From the NCBI RefSeq assembly GCF_009914755.1, contig NC_060929.1: a DNA stretch of 64,000 nucleotides. One strand, given 5' to 3'. The translations under genes were made by a program, and so were the position numbers. A model generated the notes under the pieces. It had not been told where the DNA came from. It did no database searches and saw only the letters and a list, made by a program, of their open reading frames with translations. Below, piece after piece: positions 41,169 through 55,047 of the stretch. Numbering within the stretch: the stretch's first letter is position 1; every line of letters starts with the position of its first letter. The DNA is from the human T2T-CHM13v2.0 reference genome, Homo sapiens.

Positions 41169-41352
41169 TATCTTCTCACAGAGAATCTCTTCTACACCTG
41201 GCTATGAGATGGGGCCTGGCTAAACTTTCCCAGTTCTTCTTGTGTCTCCCGGGGGGAGTCCAGGCCTTGGCTTTACCCAACGAAGAGGGTGCCACACCAT
41301 TAGACTTAGCTTTACGTGAAGGACACTCCAAGCTGGTGGAAGACGTCACAAA
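41169..41352 (+). CDS. ARHGEF28: ARHGEF28 exon 5 (184 nt): (V)SSHRESLLHLAMRWGLAKLSQFFLCLPGGVQALALPNEEGATPLDLALREGHSKLVEDVT
   Basis: Acceptor ttttcctcttcag|TA and donor ACAAA|gtgagt. In frame with exon 4 (G+TA=Val). Confidence 0.96.
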
Positions 41353-42143
41353 GTGAGTTTAGCTACTTGATAGTCTCTCTCTTATTTGTATAAAGTCGGC
41401 CAAGCATTATAGAAAAATGGAAATAACCAAACCACAAGCTAATGTTGGTTTATGTTTTACTGTTAGCTCTCATGCATATATATAGATCATATAAACAGAT
41501 ATACTGGGATAATTGGTATTGATGTTTCATGAGGGTGAGATAGGAAAAAAGGTCTCAAAAGGCTCTGAAAGGAGTGATAATGAAAAAAAATTGGGGAAAC
41601 ACTAGCATTTAGATTTCAGCTTAAATGTCAACCCCTTCTGTGTTATTCTCTTTGATGATTATGATTAATTCAGAATGTTAAATAAGAGTAACATTATGAC
41701 TAATTCACAATATTATAATTATATGTGTGGTCATTTGTTTCATATATATCTCTTAATCATTTGAGGTCTGGGACTATTTCTGTTTTACCCATTGCAATGC
41801 TCTAGTACAATGTCCAGCACATAATATTTGTTGAAAGGATATAAATCTTTTTTTGAATCAATGAATAACAGACAAATGCTATGGTATGATTTAGTCAATT
41901 TGGTGGTCATTATGGTCTAATGAAATAATGTAAAGGAAATAATTTGTAAACTATAATGTTCTCTGTGTTAATGAGGGTATCAACACTTCCAGTGAATAAT
42001 GAGTGTATTGTTGGTTACTTAGAAAGGTTCAGGTCAGCCATTATTCTTAGCTTATGAAAGAAGGATTCATATATAGTGATTTTTTTGACTTAACGTGGTA
42101 AAAAACCAAAGTATAAATGGGAAAGTATGTTGAAAATTACAAC

Positions 42144-42209
42144 ATGCTACATAAATATTAACCATTGTTAGAGTAAATGCTACATAAATATTAAATATTA
42201 TTAGAGTAT
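42144..42209. repeat. 33-bp tandem duplication
   Basis: atgctacataaatattaaccattgttagagtaa / atgctacataaatattaaatattattagagtat (29/33 identical). Confidence 0.85.
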
Positions 42210-43829
42210 TATTATGTGGCATGTTCAAATGGACTGGCTTTTCTTGTTTGGCTCATGGAACTCAATGTAATTAATTTATAGTTATGTAGTACATAAGTGG
42301 ACATTAGAGTAGAAATCAGAGCTTTTGGTTTATTTTTGTTTCTCATTTGATCAAATGACCATCAGCCAAGGGGCAAGCCTATCTGGAGGGAATTGTCCTT
42401 TTCCTTGTTTTAACATGACCCCACTTCCTTGGCTAAAAAGGGCAAGGCAAGAACACTTCCTTTGACTCATTCATCGTGAACAATTCTGTGTTCTACTGAG
42501 GTCCTAGAGGCACACTTCATCTGTTGGTAGCTTTGCATCTTTTTACTGTGTCCAAGACGAGAAGATACGTGTTTTAAATGTTTCCAGGTCTAATAAATCC
42601 ATTCATGGATGGGATTAGAAGTAGAGTGTAAGCTAAATTCTGGTGATATGATGATAGAGCTTCCATATTCTAAATTAACAACAGTGACCTTATTGCTCAG
42701 GTTCAGAGACCATTCATCTCAGTGGCTTGTTATTGGCATGGGGAGTTGTTTTCTGGAAACTTCTGGAGTCCTTGCCAGTAATGAGTGTCAAGAGTTTGGA
42801 GAGGTCCCCCAAGACTTAGAGTAAAACTGTTCTTTAAGGATCTCTTTTTGTCACTCCATCTGATGGAGATAACATTTCCTTCATTGGAAATATACTATAT
42901 TTTTGTAAAGCAAACATTCATTAACAAAATTAGGTCATGTTAAAAGAGGAAAGGGGCATAGAGCTAGTTCTGTGAATTGAGGAATCTGGGAACAATCTGG
43001 TGGGATGTGACATGCTGAGGTATGCTGTAACCCAAGAACATTAATATTTCCCCTTGAGGTTTCTTTACTGTTACTATTACAGGACCTTATAAGCCATCCA
43101 GAATATTGCGATACTAACCATGAAGCCTGCATGTAATTTACAAATGTACAAATGTTCTCAGCCAAGATATAACAGAAAATAAGTGTATATTCAAGTCTTG
43201 AATATACATGACTCTCCAAAAAACACATAATTTGAATCAACACAACATTTAGGTTGGAAATGTCGTTCCTTTGTGTGTGAGTGTGTTCAGAAATACAACA
43301 TGATCAAATTTGTGCATGTTTTAATTTGCATAAGAAAGAATTTACAATAGTGGTACCATGTGTTATGAATATCTCACTTATTTATGACATCCAAACCTCA
43401 CCATGTTCCCTGGAGATCATATCTGTTTTCCACAGTAATCACCTAATAAACCACTGGCTGCCAGCTAATTTGTTCTACTACAGGTAGCCCCATTAAAGTG
43501 AGAGGCATCTTTTCAGATTAAAAGGAGAATGAAATGTTGAGGTAAAGTACTATGTTTAAAATTCAGTACTGTTTCATTCTTTATGTAAACCTTTAAAGTA
43601 TGTAGTATATGTCAATGGTTTCCAATAGACTTCTTCTCTAGGTGGAAAAAGAAAGATGGCTTTATTAGTATCTGTTTTTATGATCTTATGTATTTATTGC
43701 ACGTAGGTGACTTTCAAGGATCATTTTGCCAGTTGGATTTGTAAGATCAGGGGCAGTGATCCTAAGGGCTGGGATCCTGGGGCTGGTGTCTTTGAAGCTC
43801 TGTGTGGGTTTTGATTTGTGTTGTTTCAG

Positions 43830-44010
43830 TTTTCAGGGCAGATGGTCCCCAAGCTTCTCCCGAGTGCAGCTCAGTGAAGAAGCCTCCTTGCATTACATTC
43901 ACTCATCGGAAACGCTGACCCTGACCCTGAACCACACAGCCGAGCATTTGTTGGAGGCAGATATTAAACTCTTCCGGAAATACTTTTGGGATCGAGCCTT
44001 TCTTGTCAAG
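43830..44010 (+). CDS. ARHGEF28: ARHGEF28 exon 6 (181 nt): (N)FQGRWSPSFSRVQLSEEASLHYIHSSETLTLTLNHTAEHLLEADIKLFRKYFWDRAFLVK
   Basis: Acceptor tgtttcag|T and donor AAG|gtttgt. AA+T=Asn keeps the frame. Confidence 0.95.
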
Positions 44011-45103
44011 GTTTGTACATAGTGATTCTAGCATGTGATAATGCATGCTTCAGAGAATGCAGGCATCAATTTCTTATTATGAGAACAGTGTTTTTTGGGG
44101 GTAGGACTTTTTTTAATGAAACCTTGGGGGACATGAAATTGGAAACTGCATTAGATCAGTAGAATGAAGATTATTATATATTTTATAGGAGTTTGTATAA
44201 TATTTTCATTTTCTTTTCTGAGCCAGTCTTTTCCATAGTTGGGTTTTAATACTTTAATATTGGATATTTTCATTAATTTATTGATTGTATTATAATTATT
44301 ATCTAAAGCAGTTACATTTAGGGCTATCTTACATGTATAATATCTACTTCTGGATTATCATATTGCTCAAATGTAGTTAAGCATTTGTTCCAGTGCAGAA
44401 TCCAGTACAGAATCCAGTACAGATTCTGCTTGAATGGAAACAGGTAAAATCCTAGTTCTTTTCCAAAGAGGTTTTCACCTTCCCATCATGGTCCAAACCC
44501 CACCTTTGGGTGCTATCATAGCATGCCAGTCTCAGGGTTTAAAACATTTCAACTTTATCTCTCTTTTTTTTTTTGGTAGACTTTGAAAGAATATTAAGAA
44601 TATTTCCATCTTTTAATTATGATTAATCAAGGTGTTATTTTGAGTAAGGCTTGAATAAGGCTTGAGTCAATCTAGTTGGCAGTGCTCCAGGGTCTATTGA
44701 ACACACTAATCAGATCCTATGGCCTCCTGTGTTCTCAAGCACATTCCTTCACAAGACACAGGTCTCGTGACTATTTAGGCTTTACAGAGTAAAAAGTCAG
44801 CTTAGAAAACCAATATTATCATTGGCCACAGTTTCAGCTTTTGTAGAATATTTGCTTCACATAATTGAAATAATGAGTTAGCCAAAAACATTATGTATCA
44901 AACAAAGATTATTATTGGCTTACTCCATATAGAGTTTTATTTAATCAGTTAAAATAAAACATGGTCTTCAGAGTATGATCTTTCTCTCTTTGCTGGGTTT
45001 TAGGGAATTTGGTGTGTAATTTTCTGACATACAGCATCACATCCAGTATATACAGAATGAGGGTCTTCTTTTAAGGATGCTTGTCATTTAAAACTGCTCA
45101 AGC

Positions 45104-45411
<308 letters not shown>

Positions 45412-47992
45412 CTACTCAAGCCTTCAGCCATCACTGTGGTTTCTCACCAAAGCACCAAGTGGTGGTTATTCTGGCTGGGCAGACGCTTGGTTTTGCCAGC
45501 ATCAGTTCCATGGGGGCAGAGCTCAGCCAAGTGCTTTTCCTCAGAAGAGATGCTCAGACAGCGGCATGGCACTTGGTGACTATCCTGAAAAGAACAGAAC
45601 AAACTCTATTGAACATTTGCTTCATTATAAAATCTTCTAAAGTCTTAGGCTAGATTTGTGATTTCTCATATACATTTGAGATAATACTGATGACCTTGGG
45701 GAAGATTTATGATGAGTAAATCTAGATACCTCAATAATTTATTGGAGTGGACTTTATAATCACAAAGGCCAAATGGAGATGGCTCTCCAGTTTCTATGAG
45801 ATTTTCATCTTATGAAAAACACTTGATACAAGAATCAGTTAGAGTGGAATGGCCTTATGTTCCAAGTTTCCACATCCCTCTTTTTCCTTCCTTTCTTGAG
45901 GTGTATGGCTGATGTGAGCAGAGAGACCGAGAAGGAAGGGCTGAGAGATTCTTTATGGCTTCCGAAGACCTTAATTCTTACTTGCCTGACAAAGGGATTC
46001 TATTGTATTCTTATCTAATTTTTTTGTGATGCATATTACTTGGTTAGATATTATTTTAAATATAAGCAGGTGGTAATTATTTTATAGGTTGTCCACACTG
46101 AAGCTTTACAACTTTGGATGATAAATATTATGAGATTACATATAGATTTTGTATAAAAAGTATTCCTGCTTTATTGAATCTTATCTAAAAGTCTGTTTTT
46201 ATATGACAGCTATAGATGGTGACTTTGATTTGAGTGACTGATCTGTACTCACTGAACTACAGCCCATACTCAGTCTTCTCCAAGGGGACATGTTTAGTCT
46301 CCGGGTTTGGGCATTGCTTAGTTATCTGTAGTCCTGTAGAACAATGACAGTAAAACCTTGCTGTGGAAACCTGAGTTTGCTTTACAATATATAAGAGCTC
46401 TCCAGGTGAACCCAGTCAGAAGCCATACTTTCAGAGTTGTAAAGGGTTCATACTTTCGCACTACATTTCAATTGACAGTGATGGCCTGACAGTTTCTAAT
46501 AAATATTAAATGTTAAAATGGAAGGTGGTGCTAAATATCCAAACTGTAAAGACAGAATATTAGGAAATTAAATAATAGGCAAACTCGTAGCCGTATCTTT
46601 TAATCACTTTTTAGTTATTTCCTCATAACAATCCAAATGCTGATAATTTCACTCCACAGCTTGGCTAAAATTAATAAGCAGCTAGGAAATTTAAGTTTTT
46701 CAAGGTATATTCAAAATTACTTATAAGGATAAAAATTAAGTTTGAATATATTCTATTTTCAAGAGAAAATAGCGTTTCCTTATTTCAAGTTTTGTTGTGT
46801 AATCAGAAACCAGCATTGCCTTGATGTTCTTTTCTCACATAGCCTTGGCGACTCTCACTCTCTTCATTGAAAGACGGGGGGTCAGGGCTAAGGTTCAGCC
46901 CAAGTAGACACATGGGGCAGGTGGCTGGCTGTCTTAGACCTTGAGCCTGTGTGGTGACCCCTCCTCCATCCTTGGGTGCTTATGTGGCCATCTCATCACT
47001 ACCCCTTAATATGGACCTGCCCTGGTCCAGCCACTCATTCCATGGTGGGCCTTAGAAGAGAACACAGTGTCCTGGAAGTGGGGCTGGGGTGAATTTACAG
47101 CCCATGGGGGGTGGGCAACCAGGCACTTGTTGCTCCCTGCCTGTTTGTGGTTTGCTAAATTGTATATATTTTTATATTCCTTTTACTCCAGCTGCAGGGC
47201 ATTGTTCCTAAGTAGTCAAAGAATGAAGCACCCAATCCACGGGGCTTAATGACACGCCCAAGGGGATAAGGGACCTATGTCAGTTATGTGATTACCTGCC
47301 CAAGTATACTGATGATTGATTTTAGAACCTGTGCTGGGGGTGTCTTGGGCTGGCTTACTATTCAGCACATCAATGCATAATTCTGTGTTTCTTCACATTT
47401 TCACTGGCTGTGGGGAATCTGTCAAAAGGAAATTCGGATGGTCCCAAGAGGGCAACTTTTCGCTAAAGCCTTTTGGAAGGCTCATCAACTTAGTTTCACC
47501 CAGGGCCAGCCTGCACCAGCGTGTGCCAACCTGCAGCTCAGGGCCCATGGTCATCCTGGATCTTCCTTGTGATCACGGTCCTAGCCCCTCACCTGGTCCT
47601 CTGAGATTCCTATGTCTTAGGATGTGGATTTGGTCTGCTCCAGGTGGCAGATGCACAGGCCAGAAGCCCTTCTTTCTGGCGTCAAGATTTTCGGTTCTCT
47701 TTCTGGTACATGCATGATATTCCTGAGAACCTTCTGCTTGGTGTGACCTGCAGAAGCAATAAAAGATTAGTGGCAGGGACTTTGGCCCCTGCCTTGGAGT
47801 TTCTCCTGACTTTGCTCGCCCTCCTGCTGGGGTGCTGGCTATATGTTCTCCCAGCGGCTTTCACCCACCCTCTATTTCCCAACCTCCTAGCTCTGAGATC
47901 ATTGATAGTGACTTTTGCCTCTTTGTTGTATATCTGGAACCTCAAATGGTTTTCTGTGCTTTTTTGTTTTTTTTTTCCCCATTGTTTCCTAG

Positions 47993-48062
47993 GCCTTTGA
48001 GCCAGAAGCCAGGCCAGAGGAAAGAACAGCTATGCCCTCCAGCGGTGCAGAAACTGAAGAAG
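47993..48062 (+). CDS. ARHGEF28: ARHGEF28 exon 7 (70 nt): AFEPEARPEERTAMPSSGAETEE
   Basis: Long polypyrimidine tract, acceptor cctag|GCC, donor GAAG|gtacgc. In frame with exon 6. Confidence 0.93.
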
Positions 48063-48439
48063 GTACGCATGCTCCTTTCCCACTTATGGCAGCCACAGAG
48101 TGCTCTGGACCAACAATCTAACCAGTCCGTTGAAGTGTGTGGTGAAGCCGGCCAGGAATCAAGGGGCTCAGAGGCAAGATCAGGGGTGTGGGATACAGCA
48201 AAGCCCCTGGGTCCTCGGACAGCATCAAATGAAGTATACTGTTTGTTTCCACTCTCCATTTAACTGGAATGTCCTGAGTGCTGTTTGCCGGGACCTGGGC
48301 CAGGTCCTCTCGCATTCCTGATCTTCAGGATGCTCTCTTGACATTCTGATTGTTCTCCTCATTCAGCTTGTTCATTCATTGAGTCCTTCATTCTATCATT
48401 TGTTCTTTAGTTTCTTCCACCTTTGTGGATCTCCTACTT

Positions 48440-48600
48440 TTTGCTAAGCAAGGATACTCTGGAAGTCATGAAGGAGTTTTTGTCATCACGAGGGTCGGGG
48501 GACACCACTGGCATTTAGAATTGAGGCATCAGGGCTGCTGGATGTTCATCAAGATACAGAACAGCCCTATGCAACTAAGAGTCGTCCTGTACAGCTGTTT
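48440..48600. mobile_element. MER20-like hAT fragment
   Basis: ttgtcatcac...cactggcatttag...cagggctgctg...cagaacagccc. Confidence 0.5.
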
Positions 48601-49473
48601 ACAGTCCTGATGGTGATTCAGAGACGGCATGTGTGATTCTGCTTGTGGTGGAAGTTCATAAAAGAAGATATATTTTTTATAATACATTGTTCCTACTCTA
48701 TTCCACAACATGCCACATGGAATCATTCTGATGCCCCACTTGTGCATAATACCTAGCTCATATGCAGGAACATCATCATTCCTCATTTTCCTCAACTTGA
48801 CAGTTTATCTATGCATGCAATTCTTACTTCATTTGAGGTTACTTCTGCTTTTCCATATGCAAATTAATTTTGGTCTTTTAGTAAGTTATGGTAATAAACA
48901 GAAGTTTTCATTCTAGGAAGCATATTTTTGCATATTCCTGTATTTCTTGTCTGGAACAGATCCTGATTTTGTGTTTTCAAAACCCGGTGGTTGCAAAAAT
49001 CTAACCACATTATTGCGTCTCCTAGGGTATTTAGGGTAAAGGTTTTATGCATTGAAATACATATTATCTTCTTATCAGTTACTCTCCATTTGCTTCATAT
49101 TTTAGTTAGGATATTATATTGATTTTTATTTTTAATTAGACATGAAGATAAGGTTATATGTATCTAGGGGGTAGAGTTACGTGATCTACTAACTCAATTT
49201 CAAGATAGTGAAGGAAGCAACACAAAATACCTGTTAATGTAAAGGGCATAGGTCTGATAGGGTTGAGAACCACCAAGCTTGATGCTGGGGCTAGGGAGGA
49301 AAAATATGACAAGGCGCTTGTTCCTAAGCCACCAATGTTAATAGCTGGTCAATACTTTTGATTCTGCTTTTAACTGGCCTCACAGAAGAGTTGGATTCTA
49401 GGTATTTGTCAGATACTATGATCTTAAACTCTTTACCTGCATGTTTGTTAAAAAAAAAAAAAAAAGTAGTCTT

Positions 49474-49782
49474 GGCTGGGCACGGTGGCTCACACCTGTA
49501 ATCCCAGCACTTTGGGAGGCCGAGGTGGGTGGATCACCTGAGGTCGGGGGTTCGAGACCAGCCTGACCAACATGGCGAAACCCCGTCTTTACTAAAAATA
49601 CAAAAATTAGCCAGGTGTGGTGGTGTGCACCTGTAATGCCAGCTACTCGGGAGGCTGAGACAAGAGAATTGCTTGAACCTGGGAGGCGAGGTTGCAGTGA
49701 GCTGAGATTGCGCCACTGCATTCCAGCCTGGGTGACACAGTGAGACTCCATCTCAAAAAACAAAACAAAACAAAACAAAACA
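49474..49782 (+). mobile_element. Alu (AluSx-like)
   Basis: Full dimer with (AAAAC)n tail. Confidence 0.93.
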
Positions 49783-50389
49783 AGATTAAAAAAACTAGTG
49801 TTAGAGAAGGCATATTTCTGGTGAGTTGCTGAGTCTGTGTGGCCCATCCCGACTGCATATGTTCCTGGGTTAAGCCCGAGCAGCTGAGCCTCCTCCTCAG
49901 ACTGCACCTTCTTGGAGCCCAAGGGAATTGCCTTTACTATTCTCCCCTGTGGGTGACACTCGCTACTGGCTGTGTTGACGGAGCCACTCTTTACCCTGCT
50001 GCCCAAGAAGGTGGTGGGCACTTTGTGCTTTCTCCTTGAAGACCTGTAGGAGAAAGCTCTTTCTGGTTTTGTATTGGGAACACAGCTTCACCTGAGTGCC
50101 TGGCTCAGCTCACTTTTACTGCTGTACCTGTAGCCGATCAAGTTTCTTACTTCTAGCTTTCTGATAAACTTGGAGCTAAGTTTCTGGGCACTTGATTACA
50201 AGGGCCTATGGCAATGCTGACTGCATTTTTTATATTACCTTGTTGCTTATTTAAGCCTCTGCCCTTACTTTTTCTTTTTTAAAATCAACTTCTGATTTTA
50301 AAAAATCCTCTTGCAAATTTTTCCTCTCTTGTATTCTACCTTCAAATTAATTTAGAACACTGAGGTCTAAAGGAGTATTTTAATTCCAA

Positions 50390-50660
50390 GTTGTTCTTAA
50401 GGGGCTTACAGTTTGAGGTTGGGGCAGAAAAACAAGCTCTCATGGCACAGTGTGATAATTGCTACAGGAGTTATTTGCAAGTAGCTCTGTGTATTAGCAT
50501 GCTGTAGACTGTGACAGTGGAGCAGTCAGGGAAAGCTTCCTGGAAGAAGTGGCCCTGGAGCTGTGATCTAATGGAGGGAAGGGAATTCTACATGCAATAC
50601 AAAGTCCTGAGCCAAATGACGTACTGGGGAAAATGCAGCTCATTTTGAAGCCCTGGAATA

Positions 50661-50705
<45 letters not shown>

Positions 50706-51160
50706 TGTGTGTGCGCGCTTCTGTATGGTGGTGGCAGTGATGCCAAGAACATAGGCTTAAGAAGTAGGCAGATTGGCATGGCTGTACGTGAAGCAAGTTG
50801 TTAGAATTCTACCCTGACAGCTCTGTAAAGTTCACTTTGGTGGGAGTATGGGGAATGGATGGGAGAGGCCTAGTGGAAGATGGGGACCAGCCATGGGGCT
50901 GCTGAAAGCAACGCAGAAGAGAATCTGCCCTACAGCAGTGTGACAAGATGGGAGAGTTGAGGACACATGAGTGAGGTCCTGAAAGTGTAGGATCTGATTG
51001 GCTGTCAGTGGTAAGGGAGAAGGACGGTGTCTCCATTCCTGGGGTGTAGCACTGGGTGGGATGGGCCTTCCAGGAAGCAGAATTGTGACAAAATATACGT
51101 TCAGTTTTAGACAAGTTGAATTTGACAGGTGTTTGGGGCAGCCAAGTTAATATATGTGGC
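50390..51160 (-). mobile_element. L2 fragment containing (TG)n at 50663-50713
   Basis: agtcagggaaagcttcctggaagaagtg and ttcagttttagacaagttgaatttga motifs. Confidence 0.65.
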
Positions 51161-51322
51161 TGCCAGTTTGACTGAAATTAACCAATAAGCACAAGAATTT
51201 GGACAGAAATCCAAGCCCTCTGACTCCAAATAATTAATGGGTATACTTTAGAGCCCTTGAATCTAGACAATGCTTTTGTATTTGTCTACCCTTGAAAGAG
51301 TACTAGAAACTGTATGCATATT

Positions 51323-51335
51323 CCAGCAGAGGGCA
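51323..51335 (+). promoter_or_regulatory. CTCF core motif
   Basis: CCAGCAGAGGGCA matches CCASYAGRKGGC at 12/12. Binding is not shown by sequence alone. Confidence 0.55.
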
Positions 51336-51955
51336 ATATTCAACTAAAGTGGAAACATTCAATTAGTTTTTGTCCATTCATGAGTCTGGAGGAGACTCAA
51401 CTGAAAGAACAAAACATTTTGAGCATAAGAGCTTCCTCTTAAAAAAAAAAAAACCAAACAAACCCTAAAGCAAACTTCCTCTTTAAAATCTATTAGAAGA
51501 TTCTTAGTAGATTATGCTTTTCTGTCCCCTCTGGGACAATGTGTAGTAGGGGGGAAACTCTAAGCTTATATCTGTAGCTGCTATTAATTAAAAGACTATA
51601 ATAATTCTAGCCTGGACATTAACTTTGCTGTCTCTGTGAGTGTGATAAATGGTTTTATTATTGCCTACGATCCAGTTATGTTTCTATAGTTTTATGATTC
51701 TAGTTGTACTCCCAGAATAATGGCACATTATTTCAAATGAATGGCCAAAAAGTCTTCTTATTTTAATATGCTCCTATTAATAAGCTAATTATTAGTATTA
51801 ATAAAAAACCTGGCTCCATATTTTCCCCTTGCCTTCTTATCCTTGTTTGATCTCTCTGTCCTAGGATTTCCTAAAGAGCATTGTACAGAACACTGATCTT
51901 GGAAGCTATTTTGAAAAATAAGGATTCTTTGGCCAAATAAGTAGAAAATGCTGTA

Positions 51956-52501
51956 CAGTAGTTCCCTCTTATCTTTGGGGGATAAGTTCCAAGATCTCTA
52001 GTGGATACCTGCAACCCTGGATAACACTGAACCTTATATATACTATGTTTTTTTCTATACATACACACCTATGATAAAGTTTAATTTATAAATTAGGCAT
52101 AGTAAAGGTTAACAATGATAATTAATAATAAAGTAGAACAATTATAACAATATGCAAGTATCACTACTCTTGTGCTTTGGGGTCATTAGTAAGTAAAATA
52201 AGGTTACTTGGACATAAGCACTGCCATACTGAAACCGTTGATCTGATAACTAAGAGCTACTGAGAGACTAATGGGCAGGTAGCATAGGCAGCATAAGGAC
52301 ACTGGACAATGAAATAATTCACTTTCCTGGTGGGAAGGAGTGAGATATCATGAGATTTCATCATACTACTCAAGAATGGTCTGCAATTTAAAAAAATGTA
52401 GGAATTATTTCTGGAATTTTCTATTTAGTATTTTTGGACCGAAGTCAACGGCAGGTAATCAAAACCATAGAACATGAAATCCCTGATGGCAGGGGCTACT
52501 G
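51956..52501 (+). mobile_element. MER44-type (Tigger) DNA transposon, about 546 bp
   Basis: TA|cagtagttccc...ggggctactg|TA termini with TA TSD. Confidence 0.8.
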
Positions 52502-53299
52502 TATATGAAACTCCCACTTTTGAGATTCGGAATGCATTTAATGTTTTGTGGGCTCTAGTAAGTCAAGAAACCTATATAATCTTGTTTAACTTAGCAGTTC
52601 TCTAAATTAATGGATCACACGAGAGTCCTTTTTTCGCAGTTCTCAACCTCTCATAGAAACCGTCTGTGAAAGGTACTTTGAAAATGTTGTTCTTCCTCAA
52701 CTCTGTGGCACCTCCCTCTCTGGATCTTATGTCCTCCATTTTCACTATCACCTGGGTTCCCGCCATCTGTTAGTCCAGTAATGCGCACACCAGAGAAGTG
52801 CAAGAAAGAATTTTTCAAACTGTTCACAGTGATCTTGAATATTCCAGATCATCCATGCCTCCCTCGACATCCCACTTCAATTCTTGATATCACATGGGAG
52901 GCTATTGCCTGCCTGGCATCTACTGGGCTATAACGCAACCTGAGAACAACTACAGTACCATTTGCCACTGTATGAATCCGCTTAAAAAATTATTTTGTAG
53001 TTCAAAAACGCTCTGCATTTGCTAACTGTCTTAACTTGGTGTCACTCATTTGTTACTTTGTTGGCTTCTCCCCATAAATTATCTTCCACATTTTCATTGA
53101 CAAGGAAATAGGGATTGGAACATGTGTTACAATCACCAAGAAGAGAGGGCAAAATCATTTCCTTCAGGGTGGAGGCAGCCGCTCTCACCGGCTCAAAGTG
53201 GCTTCCCCTTTGTGATTCTGTGTGGGAGGCAGAAGAGGCTGTTGGTCCAAATGCAAGATTCAGGCTGGACAGGTGGACACGTGTCCTTAGGCCCATTTC

Positions 53300-54110
53300 C
53301 ATATCCATCCATTCAGTAAATATGTATTGACTGCCCATCACTTTATACCAGCCACTGTTCTTGGCAGTAACCAAAAAAAAAAAAAAAAAAAAGGCAAAGA
53401 GAAAAAACCTTGCCCTCAAGTAGTTTGCTTGCATTTAATTTCACTCAAGCATTTGTTAGCACCTGCTACGTGCCAGGCATTGTTCTAGGCACTGGTCACA
53501 ACCTGAGTTAAGTCTATACACTCATGGAGCACTCATACCTATGGTCATCGGGAGGGGCATTTCTGGGAGTCAGGAGTCAATCCTACGCACTTTATGCATG
53601 AGAAAGTGGCAGCACAGAAAAGTTATGTAACTTACCTGAGGTGACACTGGCCCAGGCCGTCAGAACTCAGGTGATCAGTCCACTCCCTTACCGACCACAC
53701 TATAGACTCCCACTACCCCTATAGAGCAGAGGACTGATCTATTTAGCATCTGGACTGCTCGTCTAGAGTTCTCTCAGCATTTGGGGGATAGAAAAAGCGC
53801 AAACATTGGAAACATTGCCTTGAAATGAGCTCTATTCCAAATGGTTCATCTCTCTCAAGTCCTTATGACCCGCAGGCACAGACATGTCTCGATGACACAT
53901 GCCAGTAATAAGCTGACTTTGCTAAAATCCTCAGCTCTGCCGTGAACTGGCTTTTGAGCATAATGCAAGTGATTAGGCTGTTTGCTTTTGTGGAAAATGA
54001 TGGGGTGGGGTGGAGGTGGCGGTGTCATTTAATACTTACTTCAGTGGGAAAATACAGATAAAGCACCTTGCCCAGTATTGAACATAGTGGATGTTTACTG
54101 AATGATGTCT
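53300..54110. mobile_element. Cluster of L2 3' ends and MIR fragments
   Basis: cacctgctacgtgccaggcattgttctaggcactgg, taacttacctgaggtgacac and ctcagctctgcc motifs. Confidence 0.55.
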
Positions 54111-54703
54111 AATCATGAGTGCAAGTTATATAACACACGCCTATGGTGGATTCAATGGTAAAGATACGTGTTTTGAGATACCAGGACCCAGCCATTCGTG
54201 TCGTGGTGACTAGAAGTGAGCAGATTTTTGCTTGAACATTCTGTAGACAAGGGTGCAGCACTTCCCTCTGTGATTTGGTTTGTGAAATGTAGAGAGAGTT
54301 GTGTGGTGGATTTTCCTTATTTGAATATCTCCTGTGAGATATTACTGGGAAAACAATAGGGCTCTTATCCACACAAAGTGTTGTTTCCAAGATTTTTCAT
54401 TTGAGACACTCTAGCTCAAGGGCTTTTTAGGAGAACTGTTGCAGATGGTTTAGATATCAAGATATAGGTCCTTTAAGCCAGGACAGCTGGGACCTGGGTG
54501 TTGGGGACTTAAGACAGCAGTACTAGGCAGGCCGTTCTGCAGAGCTGATCATTCACTTGCATACACAGCTCTACCTTGACTCTCATGTGAAATATCTGGT
54601 CAAGCACTTGAAAATATTGTTTTCCTAGAAGTAGGGTATTTTTGGCATTTTCAACAAAAATCATACGCAGCCCCAGGAAATGATTTGTAACTGTTGCTTT
54701 CAT

Positions 54704-55047
54704 TTAGTATTATTATCATTATTAATAAGTTCTGGTATACATGTGCAGAACGTGCAGGTTTGTTACATAGGTATACACGTGCCATGGTGGTTTGCTGCAC
54801 CCCTCAACCCGTCATCTACATTAGGTATTTCTTCTAATGCTATCCATCCCCTACCCCCTACCCTCTGACAGACCCTGGTGTGTAACGTTCCCCTCCCTGT
54901 GTCCACTTTATTCAACTCCCACTTACGAGTGAGAACTTGTGGTGTTTGGTTTTCTGTTCCTGTGTTAGTTTGCTGAGAATGATGGTTTCCAGCTTCATCC
55001 ATGTCCCTGCAAAGGACATGAACTCATACTCTTTTTTATGGCTGCAT
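54704..55047 (-). mobile_element. L1PA (PA7-like) 3' end
   Basis: tacatgtgcagaacgtgcaggtttgttacatagg; peptide EFMSFAGTWMKLETIILSKL is the ORF2 C-terminus. Confidence 0.9.

Noticed and set aside
44391-44428. 12-bp tandem cagtacagaatc with a short inverted end
   Set aside because: Simple slippage duplication; too short to interpret.
49416-50021. 201-aa minus-strand ORF
   Set aside because: Mostly antisense Alu read-through. The same applies to the ORFs at 18427, 29467, 33275 and 61996.
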